A stretch of DNA of 64,000 bases from an uncultured Candidatus Rokubacteria bacterium (GTDB lineage: Bacteria; Methylomirabilota; Methylomirabilia; Rokubacteriales; DASRDR01). The stretch lies in assembly GCA_963826115.1 (NCBI GenBank), contig CAWGVS010000010.1, positions 224,001-288,000 of the forward strand, read 5' to 3'. Positions 10,718 to 20,691 of this stretch are shown piece by piece. The position numbers and the translations under genes are program-made. The notes beneath the pieces were generated by a model. That model had not been told where the DNA came from, searched no databases, and worked only from the letters and a program-made list of their open reading frames with translations. Every line of letters starts with the position of its first letter. Positions within the stretch are counted from its first letter, which is position 1.

Positions 10718-11155
10718 GCGCGGTCACTCGTGCCGGTCACGATGAGCGCCCGTCGTTCCTTCGGGAGCTTCTCTCCGCTCGGTCTCCTGGAGCTCATCGA
10801 CGCGGTGGCCAACAGGGCGTCCTCGCGTTCCGGCCCGAAATGTTCGACTGGTTCGCACCCGATGGTGGATCTGGTCGAAGGCCTGTTTCCGCGCCTGGTC
10901 TCGAGCGGCGGCTTCTTGCCCACGCGCCACGCCGCGACCCGGACGGGTCCGGTGGTCTCGGTCCGCATCGCGGCTCGCCCTGGAGGATAGCCGAGGCCAC
11001 GGCGCGTCGCCAGTGTGGCGATGGCGCCTCGTCGCGCGCGGTGGTAGCGTCCCCTCGATGCCGGACGCGAGCGCGGAGAAGCGAACGACACGGCGGGTAA
11101 GGAACCCGATGCGGGTGGTCCTCGCGCGGGCCGTCAACCGGGGGTCGGCCCGGCT

Positions 11156-11824
11156 GTGGGGATCCTCCTCGGGTTCCGGCTGCGGGGCGCGTGGCAGCGA
11201 TGGCGTTGGGAGCGGCGCTGGAACGACCTCACCGTCCGGCCGAAGTGGAACGTCGACGTGCCCCGGGAGGTCGTGGCGGCGGTCGAGAGCGGGTGGTTCC
11301 CCCGGAGCGCGCGGGTCCTCGACATCGGCTGCGGCAGCGGGCAGGTCGCCGCGTGGCTGGCCGCCCAGGGCTATCCGGCGGTCGGCATCGACTTCTCGAG
11401 GACGGCGCTCGAGCTCGCGCGGCGGCGCTTCCCGGAGACCCCGGGCCGGCTCGAGTTTCACGAGCTCGACGTCTGCCGGACGCTCCCGCCCGGCCCCGAG
11501 TACGGCGTCCTGATCGACTTCCGCTGCTATCACCAGATCCCGCCCGAGGATCGGCGCGGGTACTGGCGGACGATCGCCCGCGCCGCGGCCCCCGGGGCCC
11601 GGCTCCTGCTCATCTCGAAGGCCTTTCGGGGTCGACGGCCGCTGGGCGATCCGATCGAGGTCCAGCAGGTCACGGGCGCGATCGAGGACGGACAGGACGG
11701 CGCGTTCGCGATCGAGCGCGTCACGGAGACCGTGTTCGAGCCGTATCCCGGCGTCGATCCGGATCGGCCGCGTCCCGGCCTTGCCTTCTGGATGGTCCGC
11801 CGGGACGTGCCCGGGCCCACCTGA
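11156..11824 (+). CDS. Class I SAM-dependent methyltransferase
   Basis: Motif I VLDIGCGSG, then GIDFS and CYH. The start is uncertain. Confidence 0.8.
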   Translation: MGILLGFRLRGAWQRWRWERRWNDLTVRPKWNVDVPREVVAAVESGWFPRSARVLDIGCGSGQVAAWLAAQGYPAVGIDFSRTALELARRRFPETPGRLEFHELDVCRTLPPGPEYGVLIDFRCYHQIPPEDRRGYWRTIARAAAPGARLLLISKAFRGRRPLGDPIEVQQVTGAIEDGQDGAFAIERVTETVFEPYPGVDPDRPRPGLAFWMVRRDVPGPT

Positions 11825-11865
11825 GCGCCGCCCGCGATCGACCGGCCTGCTCGGTCGGCTACACC

Positions 11866-14800
11866 TCAGGGAGGCGGGTCCAGGATCCAGACGACGACGG
11901 ACGACGGGCTGCCGAGGGCAGCCTGCCCACCCGCGTCGTGGAGGGTTACCCGGAACGCGCGCGGTCCCGGCGCGCCGTCGCGCGGTAACAGGGCGATCTC
12001 CACCGTGCGGCTGGGCGTGCCCGAGTCGAACGTGAGCGTCGTCGGCGGCAGCGCGGCGTAGTCCACGTCCACCAGCGCGTCCGCGCCGGGGGTGGCGTCG
12101 TCGCCGTCGTGCGCCGTCACGCCGACCGTGACGGCGCTCGCCGCGCCTCCCGTTCGGGTCACGGTGAGGACGATGGTGCCTCCTGCGACGCCGCTCGCGT
12201 CGGTGACGCTCCACCGGAGCGTGCCGGCCACGTCGTTGTCCGTGAAGCTCACCGTCGCGATGGACGGGGTGGTAAGGGTGGCGCCGGACGGGCTCTGCAG
12301 GGCAAGTCCGAAGCTCTCCGTTCCCTCGGCCCGGGTGTCGGGGCAGAGCGTCACCGGCACCGTCTTGGACCCCTGGCCGGCCGGGATGGTGACGGGGATC
12401 ACCGCGCTCGAGAAGTCCGCGCCGCCCACGCCGCACGCGCCGCCGGTCGCGGAGCTGATCTGCTGGGGCACCAGGTTGACCGACACCGCCGCCGTCGTGG
12501 GACCCGAGCGCAACACGGTGACGTTGAAGCTCGCGCTCGCCTCTCCCACCACGTAGGTGGCGCTGTTGAGCCGGAGCTTCGGCTCGTTGTCGTTGATCGT
12601 CAGGGTGGCCTGGCTGGGGTTGCCGAGCGAGGCGAGGCCGACCGGCAGCGGGTCCGAGAGCTCAACGACGACCGTCCGCGGGCCATCCGCCGCCGACGTG
12701 TTCACGAGCGGGATCGTGATGGTCTGGCTGGTCTCCCCGGACGCGAACGGGATGTCGCCCTCGGTCGGACCCGTGTAGTCCGTGCCGTGGACCGCCGAGC
12801 CCCCGATGATCGCCCAGTGCACCGTGACGCCGCCGCCGCTCCCCGTCCGGGTCACGATGAGGGTCCCGTTCTGGCCCTCCGTACCGGCGTACGTCGCGCT
12901 CGAGAACCGGACCGCACCCGCAACATCGTTCTCGGTGATGGTGAGGACGGCGGAGGCCCCCGGAGGCCCGACGACGGCGGGGCCGCTCACCACGGCGAGC
13001 GTGAGCGTCAGATCCTCGTTGCCCTCCACCCCGCCGTCGCCGCAGAGCGGGACGCTGAACGTCTTGCTGGTCTGCCCGGGGCTGAACGTCAGCGTGCCGC
13101 TGACAGGCCGGTAGTCCGCGCCGGGCGCGCAAGCTCCCGATGTCGGGGCCGGTGTCGCGGAGCCGGGCGGCCCGGCGGCGTAGCCCACCGTCACGGCGTA
13201 CGTCGCCACCCCGCTCCGTGTGACGGTGACGGTCTTGCTCCCGCTGCCCTCGCTCACGGTCAAGGGGAGACCCGAGAACTGGACGGTCCCCTCCACGAGT
13301 GTCAGCGTCGTCGCCGTTATCGAGCCGAGGGCCCAGCCCGTGCTCGGGTTCCCGAGGGCGAGCTCCACGGTTTCGGACGGCGTCTCGAGCACGCCGTCGA
13401 AGCTGACGGCGAGCGTGAGGGGCAGCGTGGGCGTCGACTGTCCGGGCGCGAACGTCAGGGTGCCGCTCGGCGCCGACACGTAGTCGATGCCCCCGCCGGC
13501 CACGTCTCCCCGGGTCGCGCTGCCGCCGGTGATGGTCCAGTCGATCGTGGCCGCCTCGCCGAGATTCCCCGTTCGCGTCACGGGGATCGTCACGCTCGCG
13601 TTCGCCTCGGCCGCGTTGAGGACCGGCGCGGAGAACTGGATCGTTCCCTTGCGGTCGCTGTCGACCACGACGAGGGTCGCCTTCTTGATGGTCCCTAGCA
13701 CGCCGCCGGGCGTCGGCGTCCCGAGCCCGAGGACCACGGTCTCGTTGGGCTCCACCTCCGGGTCGCTCACGATCGTGGCCTGGATCGTCTTGGTCAGGAC
13801 ATTCGGGCCGAAGCTGAGCGTGCCCGACGGCGCGATCCAGACGTCGACGCTCGGGGTGCCGGTCACCCCGGTGCTGGCGGTGCCGCCGGTGATGCTCCAC
13901 GGGACCTCCACGGTCCCCCCGGCGCCGCCGGTGCGCGCGACGGTGATGGTCACGTTGACGTTGCCGGTCGCGCCCTCGGTTCCCGTGTAGGTCGCGCTGG
14001 TGAACTGGAAGGTCCCCGCGGTGTCGTTGTCGGCGACCCCGATGGTCGTCATGCTCGGATCGCCCAGCGTGCCGGCGGAGGGGCTCGAGAGCTTGAGCTT
14101 CACGGTCCGGAGCCCGTCCAGCATCACGTCGTTCTTCAGCGGCACGGTGAACACCCTCGACGTCTGGTTTGCCGCGAAGGACAGGATCGTCGTGGTGGGC
14201 ATGTAGTCGGTGCCGGCGGCCGCAGTCCCGGCCTGGACGTCGGGTACGTCGACGGTGCCGACGGTGACGCTCGCGGCGGCCTGGGCCGGGCCGGTGCGGA
14301 GCACGGTGACCGTCTGGCTCCCGCTGATCTCGTTCGTCGCGTAGGCGGCCTTGTCGAACCGGAAGCCGACCTCGTCGTCGAGCAGCGTCAGCTTGAGGAC
14401 CTTCGCGGATCCGAGGGCCGCGCCGCCCGTCTGGTTGCTGAGGGTGACCTCGATCGTCCGGCTCCCGTGTGGGCCGGCGGGGTTGAGGAGCGAGATCGTG
14501 ACGGGGACGACCGGGACGCCGCTGTTGGCCGCGAACTGGACGGGGCCGGTCGTGGCCCCGGTGTAGTCCACGCCGAATACGGCGTTGCCGCCCGTGATGG
14601 TCCACGTCGCGCCGACGGGGCCGGCCGCGCCGCCGGTCCGGACGGCGTTGAGCGTGACCGTCGGGGCGCTCTCGAGCACGCTGACATTCGCGGGACTCCA
14701 CTGGATGGTTCCGCCGACGTCGTTGTTGCCGATGGTGATCGTGGCGGTGGCGGGGCTGCCGATGCCCGACAGTCCGACCGGCCCGGCGTCCTGGAGCGCG

Positions 14801-15750
14801 AGCTGGATGGTGCGCACCGCCTCGACGGTGGCGTTGCTGGCCGTGAGCGAGACGAACACGGTCTGGCTCGAAATGTCGGCGGGGAAGGAGACGACCTGGT
14901 TGATCGGCACGTAGTCGACGTTCGGTGTCGCGGTGCCCGCGCCGGTCGAGACGACGCGGACCTTGCCATTCCCCGCCGCGCCGTTGCTCCGGGTCACGAC
15001 GACGGCCACGGTGGTCGCCGCCTCGCTGACGTTGTACGTCGACGCGCCGAACCGGAACGTGCCGCCCGCGTCGTTGTCGACGATCGTGAGCACGGCGGTC
15101 TGCCGGGGACCGAGGATCGCGCCGACCGTGGGGCTCGAGAGCTGCAGGAGCACCGTCTCCGGCCCCTCGGCCAGCTTGTCGTTGACGGTGGGGATCGTGA
15201 ACGTGCGCGAGGTCTGGTTCGCCGCGAACGCGAGCGGCGCCGTGGAGAGGCCGCCGTAGTCGGCGCCTGGCGTCGCCGACCCCGGCAGGACGGTGTACGT
15301 CACGCCCACCGGGTACTGCGCGGGCCCGCTGCGCGTCACGGTGATCGTGGCGCTTCCGCCCTCGCCGGCGCTGTAGCTGGCCTGGCTGAACTGGAGGGCG
15401 ATCTCGTCGTCGACGATGGTCAGCACCGCGGTCTTCTGGCCACCCAGCGTGCCTCCACCCCCGGCAGCGCTGAGCGTCAGGTTCACGGTGCGGTTACCGT
15501 CGACGGCGCCGTTGTTGACGATGGGCACGGTGAAGGTCTGCGTCGTCGCGCCCGGGCCGCTCGGATCGAAGGTCAGGGTGCCGCTCTCGGTCTGGTAGTC
15601 GCCCGGAGCGTGTGCGCTTCCGTCGGACGTCGCGTAGTGGACGGTGACGCCGCCGGCGCTGCCGCCGGTGCGCTTGACCGTGATGGTTGCAATACCCGTG
15701 CCCTCGAGGACGCTGAAGGTGCTCGCGCTGAACTGGATCGACCCCGCCAC
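11866..15750 (-). CDS. Calx-beta repeat region (about 11 repeats), C-terminal part of a giant S8 peptidase/Calx-beta protein
   Basis: Repeated (G)xIQFS..Y...EG...ITVTR.G......V.Y....A..G.DY....L.F....T units ending in L.I.DND. Confidence 0.88.
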   Translation of the reverse strand: MAGSIQFSASTFSVLEGTGIATITVKRTGGSAGGVTVHYATSDGSAHAPGDYQTESGTLTFDPSGPGATTQTFTVPIVNNGAVDGNRTVNLTLSAAGGGGTLGGQKTAVLTIVDDEIALQFSQASYSAGEGGSATITVTRSGPAQYPVGVTYTVLPGSATPGADYGGLSTAPLAFAANQTSRTFTIPTVNDKLAEGPETVLLQLSSPTVGAILGPRQTAVLTIVDNDAGGTFRFGASTYNVSEAATTVAVVVTRSNGAAGNGKVRVVSTGAGTATPNVDYVPINQVVSFPADISSQTVFVSLTASNATVEAVRTIQLALQDAGPVGLSGIGSPATATITIGNNDVGGTIQWSPANVSVLESAPTVTLNAVRTGGAAGPVGATWTITGGNAVFGVDYTGATTGPVQFAANSGVPVVPVTISLLNPAGPHGSRTIEVTLSNQTGGAALGSAKVLKLTLLDDEVGFRFDKAAYATNEISGSQTVTVLRTGPAQAAASVTVGTVDVPDVQAGTAAAGTDYMPTTTILSFAANQTSRVFTVPLKNDVMLDGLRTVKLKLSSPSAGTLGDPSMTTIGVADNDTAGTFQFTSATYTGTEGATGNVNVTITVARTGGAGGTVEVPWSITGGTASTGVTGTPSVDVWIAPSGTLSFGPNVLTKTIQATIVSDPEVEPNETVVLGLGTPTPGGVLGTIKKATLVVVDSDRKGTIQFSAPVLNAAEANASVTIPVTRTGNLGEAATIDWTITGGSATRGDVAGGGIDYVSAPSGTLTFAPGQSTPTLPLTLAVSFDGVLETPSETVELALGNPSTGWALGSITATTLTLVEGTVQFSGLPLTVSEGSGSKTVTVTRSGVATYAVTVGYAAGPPGSATPAPTSGACAPGADYRPVSGTLTFSPGQTSKTFSVPLCGDGGVEGNEDLTLTLAVVSGPAVVGPPGASAVLTITENDVAGAVRFSSATYAGTEGQNGTLIVTRTGSGGGVTVHWAIIGGSAVHGTDYTGPTEGDIPFASGETSQTITIPLVNTSAADGPRTVVVELSDPLPVGLASLGNPSQATLTINDNEPKLRLNSATYVVGEASASFNVTVLRSGPTTAAVSVNLVPQQISSATGGACGVGGADFSSAVIPVTIPAGQGSKTVPVTLCPDTRAEGTESFGLALQSPSGATLTTPSIATVSFTDNDVAGTLRWSVTDASGVAGGTIVLTVTRTGGAASAVTVGVTAHDGDDATPGADALVDVDYAALPPTTLTFDSGTPSRTVEIALLPRDGAPGPRAFRVTLHDAGGQAALGSPSSVVVWILDPPP

Positions 15751-15779
15751 GTCGTTGTCGTTGATGTTGAGCGTCGGCA

Positions 15780-17463
15780 GTGTCCCGGGTGCCGAGCAGC
15801 CCGCCCCCGCCCGGGTTCGACAGCGTCAGCGTAGACCTTCCGCTGACCGTCGGCTGTCGTGTCGTTGCCGATCGGCACGGTGAAGGTCTTGGAGGTTTCG
15901 CCGTCGCTGAACGTGAGGGTGTCGGCGACGTCGGTGTAGTCCGAGCCCGGGACGGCGCCGCTGGGACTCCCCGGGCTCGTCGCGTAGTCCACGGTGACAG
16001 CCCCGGAACTCGCGCCGGAGCGGGTCACGGTGATGGTGGCCGACGACGCGCCCTCGGTGACGTTGTAGACGCTCGCGCTGAACTGGAGGACCGTGAAGGC
16101 GATGCGCGAGGTCGTGACATCGTTGACATCGGTGATCGGCTTGCCTGTGTTCTGGAGACCCGCCAGGATCTCGTCGACGGAGGCGTCAGGATTCGCCTGC
16201 TTCATAACGGCCCACGCGCCGGCCACGTGTGGCGTGGCCATCGATGTGCCTTGCAAGGTGTTGAACCCACCGCCGGGGACCGATGAGTGATCCACTGGCC
16301 CGGCGCGAGAAGAGACAGGAAGTATGCGCTGTTTGAGAAAAGGGACACCGCGTCGGCCGGCGTACCACCGGACCCGGATCCGTCCTTGGTTGCTCCGACG
16401 CTGATGGCGCCAGAGATGCAGGCCGGGAACGACATGCTGTCGATCCATCCGTTGTTGCCGGAGGCGACGACGGTAGCCACGCCGGCGCTCCGAAGGTTCG
16501 CGATCGCGGCCGTGATCATGGGGTTCTCCGAGTCGCACGGATCGAAGAACCTGTCGCCGCCGAGGCTCAGGTTGGCGGCAGCGATGGAAAGGGTCGCGCT
16601 CAGTTCGAGCACGCGCTCGAGCCCGTGGGCGATGTCCATGTCCCAGGCGCGTGCGCACGGGTTCCCGCTGCACGTCGAGAGAGAGAGACGCGGATGGCCG
16701 CCAGGCTGGCCCCCCGGGCAATCCCGTCGAAGTCCGACCCATTGCCCGCGGCGATCCCCGCGACGTGCGTGCCGTGATAGCAGTCGGGCGCGAACGTGCA
16801 CGGCACCCCGGCGCCGTCGCTGGTGTCGGTGTCGAGCCCGTTCGGGCAGGTGGAGAGGGGCGAGGAGTCGTAACACGCTTCCGCGACGACCTTGCCCGCC
16901 AGGAACGGATGGATCTTGTCCACTCCGGTATCGAGGACGGCGATCACCTGGCCGGTGCCGTCCCATCCGGCATTCCACGCATCGGGAGCGTTGACGAGTG
17001 GTGCACTCTGCGCGAGTGTCGGGGCATACGACTTTGACTCGTAAACACGGGTGACCAAACCGGGTAGGGCGTCGAGCATCCTCAGCGTGTCGTGGTCGAC
17101 TTCGAGCCCCATGTAGGGAATTGTCTTGAGTTCCCGGAGCACGCGGTGACGGAGGCCGCGCAGTGCGCTACGCAGCGCGGACCTGTCCGCGGCGATCCGC
17201 CCCCGCTGGGCGGCGATGGCACTCGGGCTGGTGAGACGGTGCTCGGGTTCGACACGGGCTCCACCGAGCTCCACGATCACTTGCACGGAACCCTCGACCC
17301 ACGCCTTCTGGAGAAGCTCGGAGGGCACGGGATGCGACACGCGAGTCTGGCTCAGGGCCGGTGCGGGAAGAAGGCCGAAAGCGGCGACGAGTAGGTGCAG
17401 CACGATGGTATGGCACCGTCGGGTGCCCACTCCCCACGCGCCAGGAATCACCGACAGGATCAC
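15780..17463 (-). CDS. S8 (subtilisin) serine peptidase with signal peptide, prodomain and first Calx-beta repeat; frameshifted near 16680, 16285 and 15830/15780
   Basis: Catalytic motifs are spread over three frames: IAVLDTG (Asp), HGTHVAGIAAG (His), ANLSLG and VVASGN (oxyanion Asn), GTSMATPHVAG (Ser). Confidence 0.87.
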
Positions 17464-17891
17464 GGAGACCCTGGAGCTAGCGGCGCCCTTAGCTTGTCCT
17501 CGCGGATGCCGGCGACGCCCCGCGACACGGTGAGGCTCCTGAGCGCATCCGCAGAGACCTCGAGCCCGAGGAACGGGATCGTCGTGAATCGCCGGAGCAC
17601 GCGATGGCGCGTGCCGGCGAGCTCCTGGAGCACGAGGTCCTGGGCGGCGGCGATCGCCTCGCGGCTTGGGCTCGGGTCGGTCTTGAGCTCCACGATCACG
17701 CGGATCGAGCCCTCCCGGGTTGCCTTGGCGATCAGGTCATCGATGGAGGGGGGGACCACCTGCGCCGCGGTCGGTCCGGCCAGGAGCACCAGTCCGAACA
17801 GGAGGGCGGGGCTCGGCCAGGGGCCGGCCCCTCGGGCCCAGCGTTGGTCGTGGGGGCGAGCGTTTCGTGCCGCGGCTGATCGAGTAATCAT
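17460..17891 (-). CDS. Secreted stand-alone subtilase prodomain-like (I9-like) protein
   Basis: Signal peptide, then LIAKATREGSIRVIVEL...RHRVLRRFTTIPFLGLEV. This matches the peptidase prodomain LLQKAWVEGSVQVIVEL...RHRVLRELKTIPYMGLEV. Its stop overlaps the peptidase GTG. Confidence 0.75.
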   Translation of the reverse strand: MITRSAAARNARPHDQRWARGAGPWPSPALLFGLVLLAGPTAAQVVPPSIDDLIAKATREGSIRVIVELKTDPSPSREAIAAAQDLVLQELAGTRHRVLRRFTTIPFLGLEVSADALRSLTVSRGVAGIREDKLRAPLAPGSP

Positions 17892-17906
17892 CAGGCATTG
17901 ACGCGG

Positions 17907-17922
17907 TGCAGCAACGGTGCCA
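17907..17922 (-). promoter_or_regulatory. Candidate sigma-54 (-24/-12) promoter for the prodomain/peptidase operon
   Basis: The minus strand reads TGGCACCGTTGCTGCA (TGGCAC-N5-CTGCA). An AT-rich tract and the palindrome GCACCC-N5-GGGTGC lie upstream (17976-17992). Confidence 0.5.
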
Positions 17923-18363
17923 AGTTGGTGGGCATCTAAATATTTGAAAAGACACGCCAAATTATGATACACGCCGCACCCAATTCGGGTGCAGGGACAA
18001 TATCCGCAGAAATCTGCCCCAACTCCGTCAGCGTGACCCGGCGAGGTCGATTGTGAACGAGCCCGAGGCGATGGGTCGACGGCCACCGCACTCACCGGCG
18101 CACAGCTTCCGGTCTCGCGCTTCGACCACGCTGGGCGGCACGCTACTCGATCGCCTCGACGCGGTCAACTTTCGATCTCCAGGACGTGGCTCGGGAGTGG
18201 TCCCGCCCCAGGCGACAGGGCGCCCTTGACAGGGTCCTCGCCACGCCCCGAGAATCACGCCGTCACGGGGACGATGGTCGCGCCACGGCCGGGCGTCGGT
18301 GCCCCGCGCCAGCGCCGACCCACCACATCCGACTCGACGGCCGACTCGACCGGGAGGGACGCC

Positions 18364-19659
18364 ATGAGACGACTGGATCGCCGGACCTTCCTCAAGGGCG
18401 CGGGAATGCTCGGAGCCTCGACGGCGCTCGCCGGAGCGGTCGCCCGGCCCGCGCGGGCCGACAAGCCCATCAACTTCAGCGGCTGGGTCTTCAAGCCGGA
18501 CACCGTCAAGGACTACGTCGACTACTTCAACCAGAAGCACGCCGGCCAGGTGAAGTACGAGGCGATCCCGTGGGCCCAGTACCACCCCACGATGGAGACG
18601 CGCACCTTCGCGGGCGAGATCGTGGACGTGATGTACTGCGCGCACAACTTCCGCGAGCGCTGGAACGAGAACGGGCTCCTCCGGAAGGTCGACGACCTGC
18701 CGGGGATGGACGAGCTCAAGAAGAAGATGACGCCGGCCAACCTGGAGAGCCTGAAGAACAAGGACGGCTCGCTCTCCTCGGTCCCGTACTTCACGAGCCT
18801 GTTCATCCTGATCTACAACGAGCCGATGCTCCAGCAGGCCGGGATCAAGGCGCCCGCCAAGACCTGGGACGAGCTGATGGACCACTCCATGAAGCTCAAG
18901 AAGGACAAGGTCAGCGAGACGCCCTACCTGCCGAACTGGAACAACAGCCCGTCGGGGACGATGCCCCAGTTCATGAGCGACTGCTTCTCGGAAGGGGCGA
19001 ACGTCTTCGACGCGAAGAACCAGGTGATCGTCGACCAGGAGCCGGCGGCCGCCCGCGCCATGGAGCGCTGGCAGAAGGCATGGAAGGCCGAGCTGGTGAA
19101 CCCCGAGGTCCTCACCAAGACCTCGTCGACCGACACGCACCGCCTCTTCTGGAGCGGCCGGTACGCGTACACCACGACCCACTCCTACTACCTGAAGTCG
19201 AGCGCCGGCGAGCCCGAGAACTCGAAGCTCGCGCCGAAGAAGGCCAAGATGGCGATGTACCCGGGCACCGGCCAGAGCTACATGTGGACGGACGGGTACA
19301 CGATCAACGCGAAGACGAAGAACCTGGAGGAATCCTGGAAGCTCGCCCGGTTCCTCGGCGGGAACCTGAACGGCGACTGGTACGTCCAGCGGCAGTGGTG
19401 CCTGCTCGCCGGCCTGGACAACCCGTACCCCGAGATGTACGACCATCCCGAGATCGTGAAGTCCTACGACAACTGGGTCGACCTGAAGCTCCTGAAGGCG
19501 CAGTATCAGAAGGGCAAGGTCATCGCGGCCTACAAGGAGCCGTGGTACGGCGAGTACGACACGAAGTCGATCGCCATCGTGCAGAACATCATCCGCGGCG
19601 CCCTGACGGTGCCGCAGGGCCTGAAGGACCTGGCGAAGCTCCAGAAGTCGCTGGCGTAA
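18364..19659 (+). CDS. Sugar ABC transporter substrate-binding protein with Tat signal
   Basis: Twin-arginine signal MRRLDRRTFLKG and family-1 SBP motif LIYN..ML..AGIKAP.KTWDEL. Confidence 0.88.
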   Translation: MRRLDRRTFLKGAGMLGASTALAGAVARPARADKPINFSGWVFKPDTVKDYVDYFNQKHAGQVKYEAIPWAQYHPTMETRTFAGEIVDVMYCAHNFRERWNENGLLRKVDDLPGMDELKKKMTPANLESLKNKDGSLSSVPYFTSLFILIYNEPMLQQAGIKAPAKTWDELMDHSMKLKKDKVSETPYLPNWNNSPSGTMPQFMSDCFSEGANVFDAKNQVIVDQEPAAARAMERWQKAWKAELVNPEVLTKTSSTDTHRLFWSGRYAYTTTHSYYLKSSAGEPENSKLAPKKAKMAMYPGTGQSYMWTDGYTINAKTKNLEESWKLARFLGGNLNGDWYVQRQWCLLAGLDNPYPEMYDHPEIVKSYDNWVDLKLLKAQYQKGKVIAAYKEPWYGEYDTKSIAIVQNIIRGALTVPQGLKDLAKLQKSLA

Positions 19660-19686
19660 GGCTCGCGCCGGGTAGCGAGCGCGGGC

Positions 19687-20691
19687 ATGTGCGCCGAGGG
19701 CGCGGGGGCGCCCGGAGCCCTCAGCATCGAGAGGACCGGCCGGAGGCGGACGCGCGCCTTCCTCCGGCCGGCCGCTCTCTCGGAAGCGGCGTTCGCCTGG
19801 CTCCTCATCGTTCCCGCCGTTCTCGGCATCCTCCTCGTCGTCGTCTTCCCGCTCGTCTACTCGTTCTGGATGAGCTTCACCGAGGTCAACCTCCTCCGGG
19901 CCACCGGGCCCGCCATCGAGCTGTTCGGGGTGCGGCTGCCGCTGTTCCGGTTCGTGGGTCTCGATAACTACGCGCGGACATTCGCCGATCCCGTGTACTG
20001 GAGCTCGCTCTGGCGCACCCTCTACTTCGTTGCGGCGTTCGTGCTCGAGGCCACGCTGGTCGGCCTCGCGATGGCGCTCGTCCTCCACGAGCGCTTCGCG
20101 GGCCGCCCGCTGATGCGGAGCCTCCTCCTCGTCCCCTGGTCGCTCTCGCGCGTGGTCGTGGGGCTCCTGTGGGTCGGGCTCCTCGACTTCGAGTTCGGGG
20201 CGCTGAACGGCGTCCTCCACCGGCTGGGTCTCATCGACGGCTACATCTCGTTTTTCAAGGAAGGCTTCCGGGCGCTCAACGTGCTCGTCTCGGTCTACAT
20301 GTGGAACCAGGCGCCCTTCGCCACGCTCCTGTTCCTGGCGGGCATGCAGTCGATCCCCGACGAGCTCTACATGGCGGCGGCGGTGGACGGGGCCGGCTAC
20401 TGGCGGCGGCTCTGGTACGTGACGCTGCCGGCGCTCCGGCCTATCCTGTTCCTGATCCTGGTGCTCAGCACCGTGAACGGCTTCCTCATGCTCGACCTGA
20501 TCTACGTCCTGACGATGGGCGGGCCCGGCCAGGAGACGACGACGATCTCGTGGCTCGGGTTCCAGACCGCCTTCAGCTTCTTCAAGTTCGGCCCGGGCAC
20601 GGCGATCCTCTACACGCTGACCGCGCTGTGCCTCCTCCTGACCTTCGTGTACCGCTGGCTGGTGCTCCGCCGGTTCGAGGCCGAGGCCTGA
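19687..20691 (+). CDS. Carbohydrate ABC transporter permease
   Basis: FVGLDNY and the EAA loop GMQSIPDELYMAAAVDGA. Confidence 0.9.
   Translation: MCAEGAGAPGALSIERTGRRRTRAFLRPAALSEAAFAWLLIVPAVLGILLVVVFPLVYSFWMSFTEVNLLRATGPAIELFGVRLPLFRFVGLDNYARTFADPVYWSSLWRTLYFVAAFVLEATLVGLAMALVLHERFAGRPLMRSLLLVPWSLSRVVVGLLWVGLLDFEFGALNGVLHRLGLIDGYISFFKEGFRALNVLVSVYMWNQAPFATLLFLAGMQSIPDELYMAAAVDGAGYWRRLWYVTLPALRPILFLILVLSTVNGFLMLDLIYVLTMGGPGQETTTISWLGFQTAFSFFKFGPGTAILYTLTALCLLLTFVYRWLVLRRFEAEA

Noticed and set aside
16677-16688. (GA)6 tract as a phase-variation switch in the protease
   Set aside because: Adding a single T restores a family-typical IRVFS, and the gene has other indels not in repeats. An error is more parsimonious, although reads should be checked.
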